A DNA stretch of 64,000 nucleotides, from positions 6 to 64,005 of the forward strand of contig JAGPCK010000011.1 in the NCBI GenBank assembly GCA_018058135.1. The letters are read 5' to 3'. This document shows positions 45,530 through 54,663 of the stretch, piece by piece; the stretch's first letter is position 1; every line of letters begins with the position of its first letter. Source of the DNA: Bacteroidia bacterium (lineage in GTDB: Bacteria; Bacteroidota; Bacteroidia; UKL13-3). The notes beneath the pieces are model-generated. The model was not told where the DNA came from. It saw only the letters and a list, made by a program, of their open reading frames with translations, and searched no databases. A program made the position numbers and the translations under genes.

Positions 45530-48500
45530 ATGAGTCTGATGAAAATTTCTGTTTATACTGTAAAAGGAATCCTCCTTCTTTTAAGTTTCATAATACATAC
45601 CCGTGTTGATGCACAGGTATCTTATAACTATATGCCACAAACGGACGGAACTGTTCGTGCTTTGGCTCACAAAGGCGATACTGTATTTGTAGGTGGCAGC
45701 TTCAATTGCATTTACAGTAAAGATAGTAGTATTACGAATTATGCTGCAAGGTTTGGTTTTAATAATAATAATATCGTGTTGGGTAAACCCAACCCTGACA
45801 ATGCGGTACTATCTTCTATCTCTTACGGACAAAACGGTTTTATTGCAGGTGGGAATTTTACTACGTATGGGGATTCAGTTCGTTACGGAATTGCTCATCT
45901 TGATTCATCCGGAAAAGTAAGTGGATTGTTGTCTCAGGCGGGGGTTAATGGTCCCATACATTCAATGGCTTTGCAAGGCGACACACTATTTGTTGGAGGT
46001 AGTTTTTCCAGGGCAGCTGTTCCAATCGCTTCAGGCGGAGCAGAGATTAGTACCAATGGGTTGGTGAAAAACTTCCCTTACATCAACGGGGATGTATATT
46101 CTGTTGCTTCTGATGGAAATGGGGGGTGGTACATTGGCGGGGAATTTTCACAAATCGGATCGGTACAACGGTATTGTCTTGCCCATGTGGATAGCAACAG
46201 GAATGTTACTTCGTGGAACCCTAACGTAAATTCAATTGTAAAGCAAATTATTGTTACGTCCAATAGCGTTTACATAGGTGGTGGATTTACAAGGGTGGGG
46301 ACGCAAACACGTATAGCGTTGGCATGTGTCAGCCGGCAAACGGGTCAGGCGAATTCGTGGCAACCCTCTGTGGTAGATACAACTTTTAGTGTTGTGGATG
46401 TGCGATCAATGGTGCTTCATAACGGAATCTTATACATTGCAGGCGGGTTTAACAAAATCAACGGGGTGCCAAGAAGATGTATAGCCGCTATCAGTCCTGT
46501 TTCGTCAACCGGTGTTTTCCCTTTTAACCCTTCTCCTAATCAGGTGGTATATGCAATTTGCATTGATAACGGGACACTCTACATGGGAGGGGCCTTTACT
46601 TCCATAGGAGCTGTAACAAGAAACAGGTTGGCATCAATTGATCTCAGCAACAATAGCCTTACTTCTTGGAATCCAAATATGAGTGGAAACGTTCATGCTA
46701 TATACGCTTTTAACAACCGGATATATGCAGGAGGATTATTTACTTCTCCACGAATCAGACTTGCTGAATTTTTAGCTACAGGATCAATGACCCCTTGGAA
46801 TCCTGCACCCAATGCAGATGTTACTTCTTTATTTGTGAATGCAAACGGGGTACATGCTGGCGGGAAATTTAATTACATCGGAGGGAGTAAGCGGAACAAA
46901 CTTGCCCTGCTTGATTTTACAACGGGTAGTGCTGTTTCATCGTGGGATCCAGAACCGAATGGCGACATTTATGTTGTAAATGGCGATAGTAACAAAATTT
47001 TTGTTGGCGGAAATTTCAACACCATTGGCGGGACAAAAAGAAAAAACCTGTGTGCATTTAGTTTAACCAACGGACTTTTGCCAATAATTTCTACAGGGGT
47101 TGACAGTACAGTGTATGCCTTGACTTTATCAGGAGGGGTATTGTATGCTGGCGGTTTTTTTTCAAATGCAGAAGGGCAGGTAAGAAATCGTTTAGCTGCA
47201 TTTAATACTACTAGTGGAGCACTTACATCATTTAGTCCGGTGGTTACAGGTACAGCTTATATTTATGCACTTGCTTCACAAAACAATATACTGTATGTGG
47301 GAGGCTATTTCACATTGATAGGTGGGCAAAGCAGATCTAATCTTGCTTCAATTAATTTGAGCACCGGCACTGTTATGCCACTTAATATAAATTTTAATAA
47401 TATAATTGTTTCGCTTTCTGTATACGGGAATACACTATATGCAGGCGGTAACTTTACCATAGTGGGGGCGCAATCCAGAAATTATGCGGCTGCAATTAAT
47501 CTGAGTACATCAACAGTGAAGTCGTGGAATCCATTGTTGAATGGCATGGTAAAGACATTGGCTTGCCGTGAGGGTGTTGTTTATTTGGGTGGGCATTTCA
47601 CCAAAGCAGGTACTTTGAAAAGAGACTATATTGCTTCAGTTGATACTGGAACAGCGGTGTGTACCCCATGGACACCTGATTTTAGTGCTGTTGTCAATAC
47701 TATTACACCTTCGCAAGACTATCTGTATGTAGGCTCTTACAGTTTGGTCATTAATGGAATTAAAAGGAGTCGTTTGGCTGCTTTCCTAGCTTCTACCGGA
47801 GAAATTTTGCCATGGAACCCCGGAGCAAATAACACTGTAAATGTGTTGAAGGTAGATAATAATATAGTATATGCAGGAGGTAAGTTTGATACTGTTTCAA
47901 CCTTCCCTCGTCAACGTATAGTTGCTATTGATTATTTATCTGGAGTACCAACTGCATGGGTTCCGCAAGGCTATTCAGTTGAAACGGCAGCAGTTGCCAC
48001 AAAAGACAGTCTTGTATATTTAGGAGGTTCTTTTACATTAGCCGCCTATCATAAAACAACAGGTACACAGCTATGGGCGGTTTCAGGTAACGGTGCAAAA
48101 ACCATAGAGGTAAGTAACAATACAGCATTTGTGGGAGGGGGGTTTAATTCACTAAACGGTATTTCAAGGTCACACATAGGGGCAGTAAATGCTACCACAG
48201 GAGCTGTAACTGGATGGAACCCCGGAGGGGGAAATACAGATGCAGTGTCAATGAAAGTGTGGGAGAATAAAGTTTATGTAGGCGGGTTCTCGAATTACAT
48301 GGGCGGGCAAGCCAGAAGTCGCCTGGCTTCATTAGATACTTCAACAGGCTTAGCAACATCATGGGATCCTAATTCTAACGGTTCGGTGTACCAGATTTTC
48401 ATAGATACAGGTGTTTGTTATGCCTTAGGGAAATTTGAAAAAGTGGGTAATAAAGGGCGTATGAATGTTGCTGCAATAGATTTAAATACCGGAGAAGCCA

Positions 48501-50647
48501 CACCATGGATGGCTGATGTATATTCTTTTGCCTTTGCTATTGATATTGTGGGTGACAAGGTGTTTATCGGTGGGGTATTTGATAAATCCATGGGATTTGG
48601 TAGTCCAAACTACCTGACCTGTTTTAGTAAATATTTTCTTGCTACAGACCTTGGGGGGCAAAGTTCTTTTTGTCAGGGGGCGCAATATCGATTACCCGTT
48701 TTAATGGGTGATTCTGCAAAAGCAGGAAATATTATCTCAGTTCAGTTAAGCAGGAAAGAAGATAATTTTAGTAATCCCATTATTATTGGTAGTCTAAACG
48801 CAAGAAAGACGGATACCATCGCAATAACGATTCCCGATACATTAAATACACAACATAACTATAGGCTCAGGGTGGTTTGCAGTAATCCTAATATTGCCTC
48901 AAAAGACAATGGAGAAGATATTTCCATTTTCGCGAGTCCAAAGGCTGCGTTTTCTGTAAATCAATACCAGCAATGTCTCGCTGGAAATATTTTTGTATTT
49001 AACGATACAAGCGCAACAGTATCAGGTAGCTTAACAAGCGAATGGAGTTTTGGTGACAATACTTCTTCATCAAATGTGCAGGTTCAGAAAACATATGCAG
49101 TTGCAGATTCGTTTTGGGTGAAACTTGTTTCACGGGGCAATGGAGGTTGTTCTGATTCGATTTCAAAAAAGGTAACAGTTTTCCCAGATGCCAGCATTCT
49201 TTCAATAAGTGTAAATGACAGTGAACAGTGTCGGGGTGGAAATATTTTTACATTCAATGATAGTTGTTTTGTGCAATCAGGTACTTTTAGCAGAATGTGG
49301 CTGTTCAGTGATAACACATCAACCCTGTTGCCCGATCCACAAAAATCCTTTACTAGTTCCGGTACTTTTGATGTACAACTTGTGGCTACAACGGATAAAG
49401 GGTGCAAAGATTCTGCTGTTATGTCAGTGGTAGTTTATCCGCAGGCCAATATTCAGTTTACGGTTAATGATTCTCAGCAGTGTTTAAAGGGGAATAAATT
49501 TGTTTTTTCAAATCAGAGTTCTGTAGCATCAGGCACTTTTAGTTCGTATTGGACATTCGGAGATTCTGCTGCTTCAAGTTCACCTAATGTACAACATAGT
49601 TATAACAATACAGGTTCTTACAATGTATGGCTCAGAACTATCACCAATAATGGTTGTGTAGATTCGCTGTACAGGCAAGTAAGTCTGTTCGGTCATCCGG
49701 CTGCATCGTTTACCTGCGCTGATACGCAGCAATGTTTAAACGGAAATGTGTTTGCATTTACAAATACAAGTGTGTCATCGGTAAGTTACCTTTGGAACTT
49801 TGGTAATTCAGCTACCACAGTTCAGATGAGTCCTCAATATACCTACGCCAATTCAGGAGTATTTGATGTGCGTCTTATTTCATACGACAGCAATGGTTGC
49901 ACCGATACAACGGGTCGCAAAATTTATGTAGAGGCACCTCCCGCACCTCCCCAACTTACTGTTACCCCTGATTCGGTTGTATGTGCAGGCACAGTGGTTA
50001 CACTTAGGTGCGCCTCTACCTTTAACAAAGAATGGTTCAAAGATAGTACCCCATTGAGTATATTCACCGATTCGCTGGTTTTGCAAAGCAGTACGGGATA
50101 TTATCATGTAGAGGTGAGAAATGCCGCGAATTGTGCAAGTGGGTCTGTGCCTATATACATTCTTTTTAAATCAGTACCAGTGAAGCCAAATGTTACTGCA
50201 TCGGGAAGTTTATTTACATCTAATGCACCATACGGCAACCAATGGTACAATACAGCCGGAATATTATCCGGTGATACCGGAGTTACTTACACAGCGAGTG
50301 CAGCAAACGTTTACTACTCAATAGTTACTGTTAACGGCTGCTCTTCCGATTCTTCCAACAACATTACGTATCCTGCAACAGGGGTTGTGCGTCCTGAGCA
50401 AAGTATGCAGGTATTGGTTTATCCTAATCCAAACAACGGAGATTTTACGCTGGCGTGCAATAGTTGCCCTTCATCGGGTTCTTACAACATACTGCTAACG
50501 GATTATTGCGGAAAACAGTTGCTCAAAGAAAGTGTTGCTGATTTGTCATCTGTTCGCATACGTACCAACGGATTGGCAGCAGGTTTATATCTGTTGAGTG
50601 TAACAAGCGCAGAGGGAACAGCACGAATACCTGTATTTATAAGGTAG
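45530..50647 (+). CDS. Paralogous giant T9SS-secreted repeat protein: about 21 GGxF repeats, 4 PKD-like domains, CTD
   Basis: Same architecture as the upstream gene; WSFGD, WLFSD, WTFGD and WNFGN modules. Confidence 0.85.
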   Translation: MSLMKISVYTVKGILLLLSFIIHTRVDAQVSYNYMPQTDGTVRALAHKGDTVFVGGSFNCIYSKDSSITNYAARFGFNNNNIVLGKPNPDNAVLSSISYGQNGFIAGGNFTTYGDSVRYGIAHLDSSGKVSGLLSQAGVNGPIHSMALQGDTLFVGGSFSRAAVPIASGGAEISTNGLVKNFPYINGDVYSVASDGNGGWYIGGEFSQIGSVQRYCLAHVDSNRNVTSWNPNVNSIVKQIIVTSNSVYIGGGFTRVGTQTRIALACVSRQTGQANSWQPSVVDTTFSVVDVRSMVLHNGILYIAGGFNKINGVPRRCIAAISPVSSTGVFPFNPSPNQVVYAICIDNGTLYMGGAFTSIGAVTRNRLASIDLSNNSLTSWNPNMSGNVHAIYAFNNRIYAGGLFTSPRIRLAEFLATGSMTPWNPAPNADVTSLFVNANGVHAGGKFNYIGGSKRNKLALLDFTTGSAVSSWDPEPNGDIYVVNGDSNKIFVGGNFNTIGGTKRKNLCAFSLTNGLLPIISTGVDSTVYALTLSGGVLYAGGFFSNAEGQVRNRLAAFNTTSGALTSFSPVVTGTAYIYALASQNNILYVGGYFTLIGGQSRSNLASINLSTGTVMPLNINFNNIIVSLSVYGNTLYAGGNFTIVGAQSRNYAAAINLSTSTVKSWNPLLNGMVKTLACREGVVYLGGHFTKAGTLKRDYIASVDTGTAVCTPWTPDFSAVVNTITPSQDYLYVGSYSLVINGIKRSRLAAFLASTGEILPWNPGANNTVNVLKVDNNIVYAGGKFDTVSTFPRQRIVAIDYLSGVPTAWVPQGYSVETAAVATKDSLVYLGGSFTLAAYHKTTGTQLWAVSGNGAKTIEVSNNTAFVGGGFNSLNGISRSHIGAVNATTGAVTGWNPGGGNTDAVSMKVWENKVYVGGFSNYMGGQARSRLASLDTSTGLATSWDPNSNGSVYQIFIDTGVCYALGKFEKVGNKGRMNVAAIDLNTGEATPWMADVYSFAFAIDIVGDKVFIGGVFDKSMGFGSPNYLTCFSKYFLATDLGGQSSFCQGAQYRLPVLMGDSAKAGNIISVQLSRKEDNFSNPIIIGSLNARKTDTIAITIPDTLNTQHNYRLRVVCSNPNIASKDNGEDISIFASPKAAFSVNQYQQCLAGNIFVFNDTSATVSGSLTSEWSFGDNTSSSNVQVQKTYAVADSFWVKLVSRGNGGCSDSISKKVTVFPDASILSISVNDSEQCRGGNIFTFNDSCFVQSGTFSRMWLFSDNTSTLLPDPQKSFTSSGTFDVQLVATTDKGCKDSAVMSVVVYPQANIQFTVNDSQQCLKGNKFVFSNQSSVASGTFSSYWTFGDSAASSSPNVQHSYNNTGSYNVWLRTITNNGCVDSLYRQVSLFGHPAASFTCADTQQCLNGNVFAFTNTSVSSVSYLWNFGNSATTVQMSPQYTYANSGVFDVRLISYDSNGCTDTTGRKIYVEAPPAPPQLTVTPDSVVCAGTVVTLRCASTFNKEWFKDSTPLSIFTDSLVLQSSTGYYHVEVRNAANCASGSVPIYILFKSVPVKPNVTASGSLFTSNAPYGNQWYNTAGILSGDTGVTYTASAANVYYSIVTVNGCSSDSSNNITYPATGVVRPEQSMQVLVYPNPNNGDFTLACNSCPSSGSYNILLTDYCGKQLLKESVADLSSVRIRTNGLAAGLYLLSVTSAEGTARIPVFIR
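49433..50647 (+). repeat. Direct repeat of 44162..45376
   Basis: See the partner copy. Confidence 0.9.
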
Positions 50648-50758
50648 ATAAGGAGAGTATATGTGTTATGACCATGTTCAAAAGTTGATGTAATGCAGTA
50701 TTGCAATAACTTAGAGATATTCATCAAACAAGGTGAATCAAAATGCAAAATCGTAAGG

Positions 50759-50925
50759 GAGGATGTTCATCCTCCTCCCTTCTTTCATGTGTCTTTCCAA
50801 GAAGCAATTTTTTTTGCGCATGATATTTATCCTGCTAAGACGAACTTTTTTCTGTAAGTTAAAAAATAGTTTACCTATTGGTTGGTAGGGGATGCCAGCC
50901 AATAGGACAAACATCCTCTTGCATC
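50759..50925. repeat. Modular dispersed repeat, copy 2 (modules A+B+C)
   Basis: A+B match 38837-38921; C (50840-50925) matches 51641-51726. Confidence 0.8.
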
Positions 50926-50998
50926 CTCGTTGCACTTGTCAGCCTCGGGTAGAAAAAAGGATGAGTTGGGAACTTCATGCCTATACAGTCAATGATGG

Positions 50999-51577
50999 TT
51001 ATTTAAATGTCAGAATCACTTTTTTCCGTTGCAATTCTCTTTTCGAAGCGCCATAACCTTCAGTCGAAAAAAATACGAGGTACAAAGGTTTGGCAAACTT
51101 TTTTGCTTTGATGGTTTCCTGGGTTTCAATGTTGAAAAAGTTGCTCACGGTAAATGTAGTAATCGTTTCAGCATTTGTTAAGATCACTTTTTTGTCTATG
51201 CGATGTGGCGTATTGTTAAGTGAATCATAAGCCCAGTAATGCAGCGATTCGGAATGAACGGACAGTCTTTTATTTGGGTTGTAATTTAATTCAGCCATTA
51301 CTTTGGTATCTATCTCGTCCCAATCCAGAAAACGGGTGTCCTTTGGGGTGTCAAAGTAAAGTCCGCCAAAAGAGGCGCTGGTATATATGCCTTCAAGGTG
51401 CCTCCATTGCATCTTAATCACAAAGGCTTTTTTCTTCAGGTTTATTTCTTTTGGTTCATCATATCTTACTTCGGTACGCTGTTTTCCTTGCACAATAAAG
51501 ATGCTAAAAGAGGGGTCGTTGCTTTCGCGGGCTGACACAAACAAAAGAATAATGCCGAAAAGAATGATCTGTTTCAT
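50999..51577 (-). CDS. Hypothetical exported protein
   Basis: 192-aa ORF with a signal-peptide-like N-terminus; no recognised motif. Confidence 0.7.
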   Translation of the reverse strand: MKQIILFGIILLFVSARESNDPSFSIFIVQGKQRTEVRYDEPKEINLKKKAFVIKMQWRHLEGIYTSASFGGLYFDTPKDTRFLDWDEIDTKVMAELNYNPNKRLSVHSESLHYWAYDSLNNTPHRIDKKVILTNAETITTFTVSNFFNIETQETIKAKKFAKPLYLVFFSTEGYGASKRELQRKKVILTFK

Positions 51578-51640
51578 AAAACAAATTTAGAAGTATGAGT
51601 AATATTTCAACCTGCAAAAGGGTATATTTCTTTGTATAAC

Positions 51641-51766
51641 ACGAACTATTTTATCTGCAAGTTAAAAAATAGTTGACATATTGATTGGCAGGGGATGCCA
51701 ACCAAGGACAAACACCCTCTTGCATCTTGCGCAGGATATTTATCTTGCTAACACAAACTAAAACTA
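51641..51766. repeat. Modular dispersed repeat, copy 3 (modules C+B)
   Basis: 86-bp module C, then TTGCGCAGGATATTTATCTTGCTAACACAAACTAAAACTA. Confidence 0.8.
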
Positions 51767-51790
51767 AAGGTTACCTTTAGGCATAAAATA

Positions 51791-51819
51791 AAAAAGCACA
51801 CCCAATCAGGTGTGCTTTT
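51791..51819. terminator. Intrinsic terminator downstream of tRNA-Arg
   Basis: AAAAGCACACC-N6-GGTGTGCTTTT. Confidence 0.75.
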
Positions 51820-51825
51820 ATGTAG

Positions 51826-51897
51826 TGGCCTCGTCAGGAATCGAACCTGAATCTGGAGCTTCGGAAACTCTTATACTATCCGTTGTACTACGAGGCC
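51826..51897 (-). tRNA. tRNA-Arg (anticodon CCG); CCA not encoded
   Basis: Acceptor stem GGCCTCG/CGAGGCC, D arm GTAC..GTAT, anticodon loop TTCCGAA, T arm TCAGG-TTCGATT-CCTGA. A -7 promoter element TATCTTTG lies at 51908-51915 (minus strand). Confidence 0.92.
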
Positions 51898-51928
51898 AAA
51901 AGAGGTGCAAAGATAGTACTTTTCAAAT

Positions 51929-52498
51929 TTACCAAGGGCGTGGAATCTGCAGGATATCTCCGGGTTGCATATCGTTCAGCCACAAAGTATTGATGCGTAC
52001 CCGCACCAAGCGTACTGTAGGGAACCCCACAGCGGAGGTCATTCTGCGTATCTGCCTGTTTTTACCTTCTTTGAGCACAATGGAGAGCCAGGTGTAAGGT
52101 TTTTTCTGGTGTTTAATCATGTGCGGTAAGCGGTGGGGAATGGGCAGGGGTTCCTGCAATATTTTTACGGTGCAGGGTTGTGTGGTGTAAGGCACCCCCT
52201 CCACACTAATGTGTATCCCTTGTTCCAGTGCCAGTCGCTGTTCTTCACTTACCACACCTACCACCTGTACCCAGTACTCTTTCTCCATGCTTTTATCATG
52301 GAGTGTGAGGTGGTGAAAACTTTTATCGTCAGTAAGTAGCAATAAGCCCTCGCTGTCTTCATCTAAGCGGCCAAGCGGTTGTACCCCTTCAGCAAACAGG
52401 TGTACATCGCGCAGTGTTTTTTTCTTTTTCACATCACTGAAATGCTGGCTGATAATACCGATGGGTTTATACAACAGGTAATAACGAAACTCACTCAT
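51929..52498 (-). CDS. RNA pseudouridine synthase (RsuA/RluE-like)
   Basis: YKPIG, GRLDEDSEGLLLLTDD and EGKNRQIRRM; probable start at ATG 52498 (track 52519). Confidence 0.9.
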   Translation of the reverse strand: MSEFRYYLLYKPIGIISQHFSDVKKKKTLRDVHLFAEGVQPLGRLDEDSEGLLLLTDDKSFHHLTLHDKSMEKEYWVQVVGVVSEEQRLALEQGIHISVEGVPYTTQPCTVKILQEPLPIPHRLPHMIKHQKKPYTWLSIVLKEGKNRQIRRMTSAVGFPTVRLVRVRINTLWLNDMQPGDILQIPRPW

Positions 52499-52667
52499 CG
52501 GCACAACATTTTCCATCATGTGTTTCTTTTATCCAGGCTTCGTCTGTTGGTTGTTCGTCAGGTTTATCGGGTGCGGTTTCTTTTGCGGGCGTACACCAGT
52601 CGCAGGGTTCACCGTTGGCGGTAAAGCCGGTTCCTTCACATTGTGGGCACACATATCCGCAGGTCAT
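52491..52667 (-). CDS. Small Cys-rich protein, 58 aa, missing from the ORF track
   Basis: MTCGYVCPQCEGTGFTANGEPCDWCTPAKETAPDKPDEQPTDEAWIKETHDGKCCADE. Its ATG directly follows the miaA TAA and its stop overlaps the next ATG (ATGAGTGA). Confidence 0.75.
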   Translation of the reverse strand: MTCGYVCPQCEGTGFTANGEPCDWCTPAKETAPDKPDEQPTDEAWIKETHDGKCCADE

Positions 52668-53642
52668 TTATTTAAGTTGAGAGTGCAAAGATAGTTCATG
52701 TAACAGCATCTGCAATTGTTCGCTTACGGGTAAGTTGGCATCCATCCAATGAATGTGCAAACCCTCACGCTCCAATTTGCGCCACCAGGTCATTTGCCTG
52801 CGCGAATATTGTTGTATGGCAATAGTCAACAGTTCTTGCAATTGTGTATAGGAATATTTGCCCTGTAAAAACTCGGTTACAAATTTATACTCCAGTCCGT
52901 AGCGGATGAGTTGAGCGGCTTCAATACCTGAGGCCAGCAAACTTTCGGTTTCTTCTATCAAGCCGTTTTGTAAACGAAAGCGCAGGCGCTCAGTAATATT
53001 TTTTTTGCGGTGTTCGGCAGTCAACGCCATACCAAAACACAACGGTAGAACTTTGGGGTAATTGTTTTGAGGCAAAGAGTGGTGAAGTAACCAGGAGCAT
53101 ATTTCAATGGCGCGAATTAATCTTTTGGCTGTTGATGTATCTGCCAACCGTGTGTAAGCAGTAGCAGGAAGTTGCCGGAAAATATGTAGTAACTCTTCTT
53201 TACTTTTTGGCTCCAGTTCACTGCGCAAAATTTCGTTAACGGGCACGGAGGTAAATTGATGCTCGTGCAACAATGCATGAAAATAAAGAGCCGTACCACC
53301 GCAAAGCACGGGCAACTTGTGTTGTTCAGTAAGTTGTTTAAATACGGTATTAAAATCATGGGTAAACTGATGCAGGTGATACGTGGTGCCGGGTTCGGCA
53401 ATGTCAATCAGGTGCACGGGTAGTTGTTTTCCGTTTACGGTATATTCCTGCAAATCCTTTCCTGTTCCAATGTTCATGCCTCTGTAAACCTGACGAGAGT
53501 CGAGGCTGATAACGTCTGTGTGCAGGGCAAAAGCAGCGGCTGCAGCCAATCGGGTTTTACCCGAGGCTGTAGGACCGATAATAGTAATGCAGTTAATTGC
53601 TTCCAAATATCTCTGAACTTGAGGTCTTGTTTTACAGCGCAA
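52668..53642 (-). CDS. miaA: tRNA dimethylallyltransferase
   Basis: GPTASGKT, DSRQVYRGM.IGTGKD, CGGTALY and YSRRQMTW motifs; exact start uncertain. Confidence 0.9.
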   Translation of the reverse strand: MRCKTRPQVQRYLEAINCITIIGPTASGKTRLAAAAAFALHTDVISLDSRQVYRGMNIGTGKDLQEYTVNGKQLPVHLIDIAEPGTTYHLHQFTHDFNTVFKQLTEQHKLPVLCGGTALYFHALLHEHQFTSVPVNEILRSELEPKSKEELLHIFRQLPATAYTRLADTSTAKRLIRAIEICSWLLHHSLPQNNYPKVLPLCFGMALTAEHRKKNITERLRFRLQNGLIEETESLLASGIEAAQLIRYGLEYKFVTEFLQGKYSYTQLQELLTIAIQQYSRRQMTWWRKLEREGLHIHWMDANLPVSEQLQMLLHELSLHSQLK

Positions 53643-53706
53643 ATATGTAATTTTACCATCACAACCTAATCAATATCGGAAGAAAACAAGAGTTCGCTAT
53701 CATGTA

Positions 53707-54030
53707 GTGGCATTATATATGCTAAGAGTGGACATGCTTCGAAATCCAAGATTGCCGATTCTTTACCAATTCTATAAAACGACTTGTCAGGTCAATTTTT
53801 GTCTGTCCGCATGTATGGCAATACTTGCTTTCAATTCCTTCATTGATATGTTTCTGCTCTGTTGGGGAACAGGTGGCTCATTGCTCAGTTTCTTGTATAA
53901 AGAATTACTGCATCAAAACACTTATGTGTTTTATCAAAATCTGAGTGCATCAAAACTCCAACTGTGGTTATTTACGATAGCCGTCAATTTATCTATCGTT
54001 GTAATTATTTATTCCCTCTTCTGTTTATGA
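53707..54030 (+). CDS. Small hypothetical membrane protein
   Basis: About three hydrophobic segments; ATGA overlap with the ABC ATPase. Confidence 0.6.
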   Translation: MALYMLRVDMLRNPRLPILYQFYKTTCQVNFCLSACMAILAFNSFIDMFLLCWGTGGSLLSFLYKELLHQNTYVFYQNLSASKLQLWLFTIAVNLSIVVIIYSLFCL

Positions 54031-54656
54031 TTAACTGCATTGAAATAGACAGTGTACAAAAAACAATCGGAGGTAAAAAAGTTCTTGCTGATATTTATCT
54101 TAAGATTAACTCGGGAGAAATAATTTCTCTTACAGGAAACAACGGAACTGGCAAATCTACTTTGCTCAAAATTATCTTCGGAACCATGCCCGCTGATCAA
54201 AAATTCATCCGCATTAACGGTAGGCCTTGCAATAAACCTTATACTTTACCACACACAATAACTTACCTCCCTCAACATCCTTTTATCCCTTCACAATTGC
54301 GTTTACATAAGGCTGTATCTATGTTTATTGGAGAACAACTAACGTATGCCTTCTTACAAGACCCTTTTTTACAACCGCTGACAAACACCAAAATAGTTGA
54401 TTTGTCTGGCGGAGAATTAAGGTATTTGGAAACGAAGCTGATATTAAATAAGCCCTCTTTGTTTACGTTATTAGATGAGCCATTCAATAAGTTGTCACCT
54501 ATACTGGTTGAGCAACTCAAAAATGATATAAATAACGCAGCTCATCACAAAGGCATTCTGATTACAAACCATCAGCAGAAACACATCAGCGACATATCAA
54601 ATAGACACTATATACTGCATGATGCTACGTTAAAAGAAGTTCATGGAACCTCCTAA
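54027..54656 (+). CDS. ABC-type ATP-binding protein
   Basis: GNNGTGKST, LSGGE and LLDEP motifs; probable start at ATG 54027. Confidence 0.85.
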   Translation: MINCIEIDSVQKTIGGKKVLADIYLKINSGEIISLTGNNGTGKSTLLKIIFGTMPADQKFIRINGRPCNKPYTLPHTITYLPQHPFIPSQLRLHKAVSMFIGEQLTYAFLQDPFLQPLTNTKIVDLSGGELRYLETKLILNKPSLFTLLDEPFNKLSPILVEQLKNDINNAAHHKGILITNHQQKHISDISNRHYILHDATLKEVHGTS

Positions 54657-54663
54657 TTTGCAG

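Noticed and set aside
38837-51766. CRISPR array
   Set aside because: The copies are kilobases apart, 90-170 bp long and have no regular spacers; no cas genes are present.
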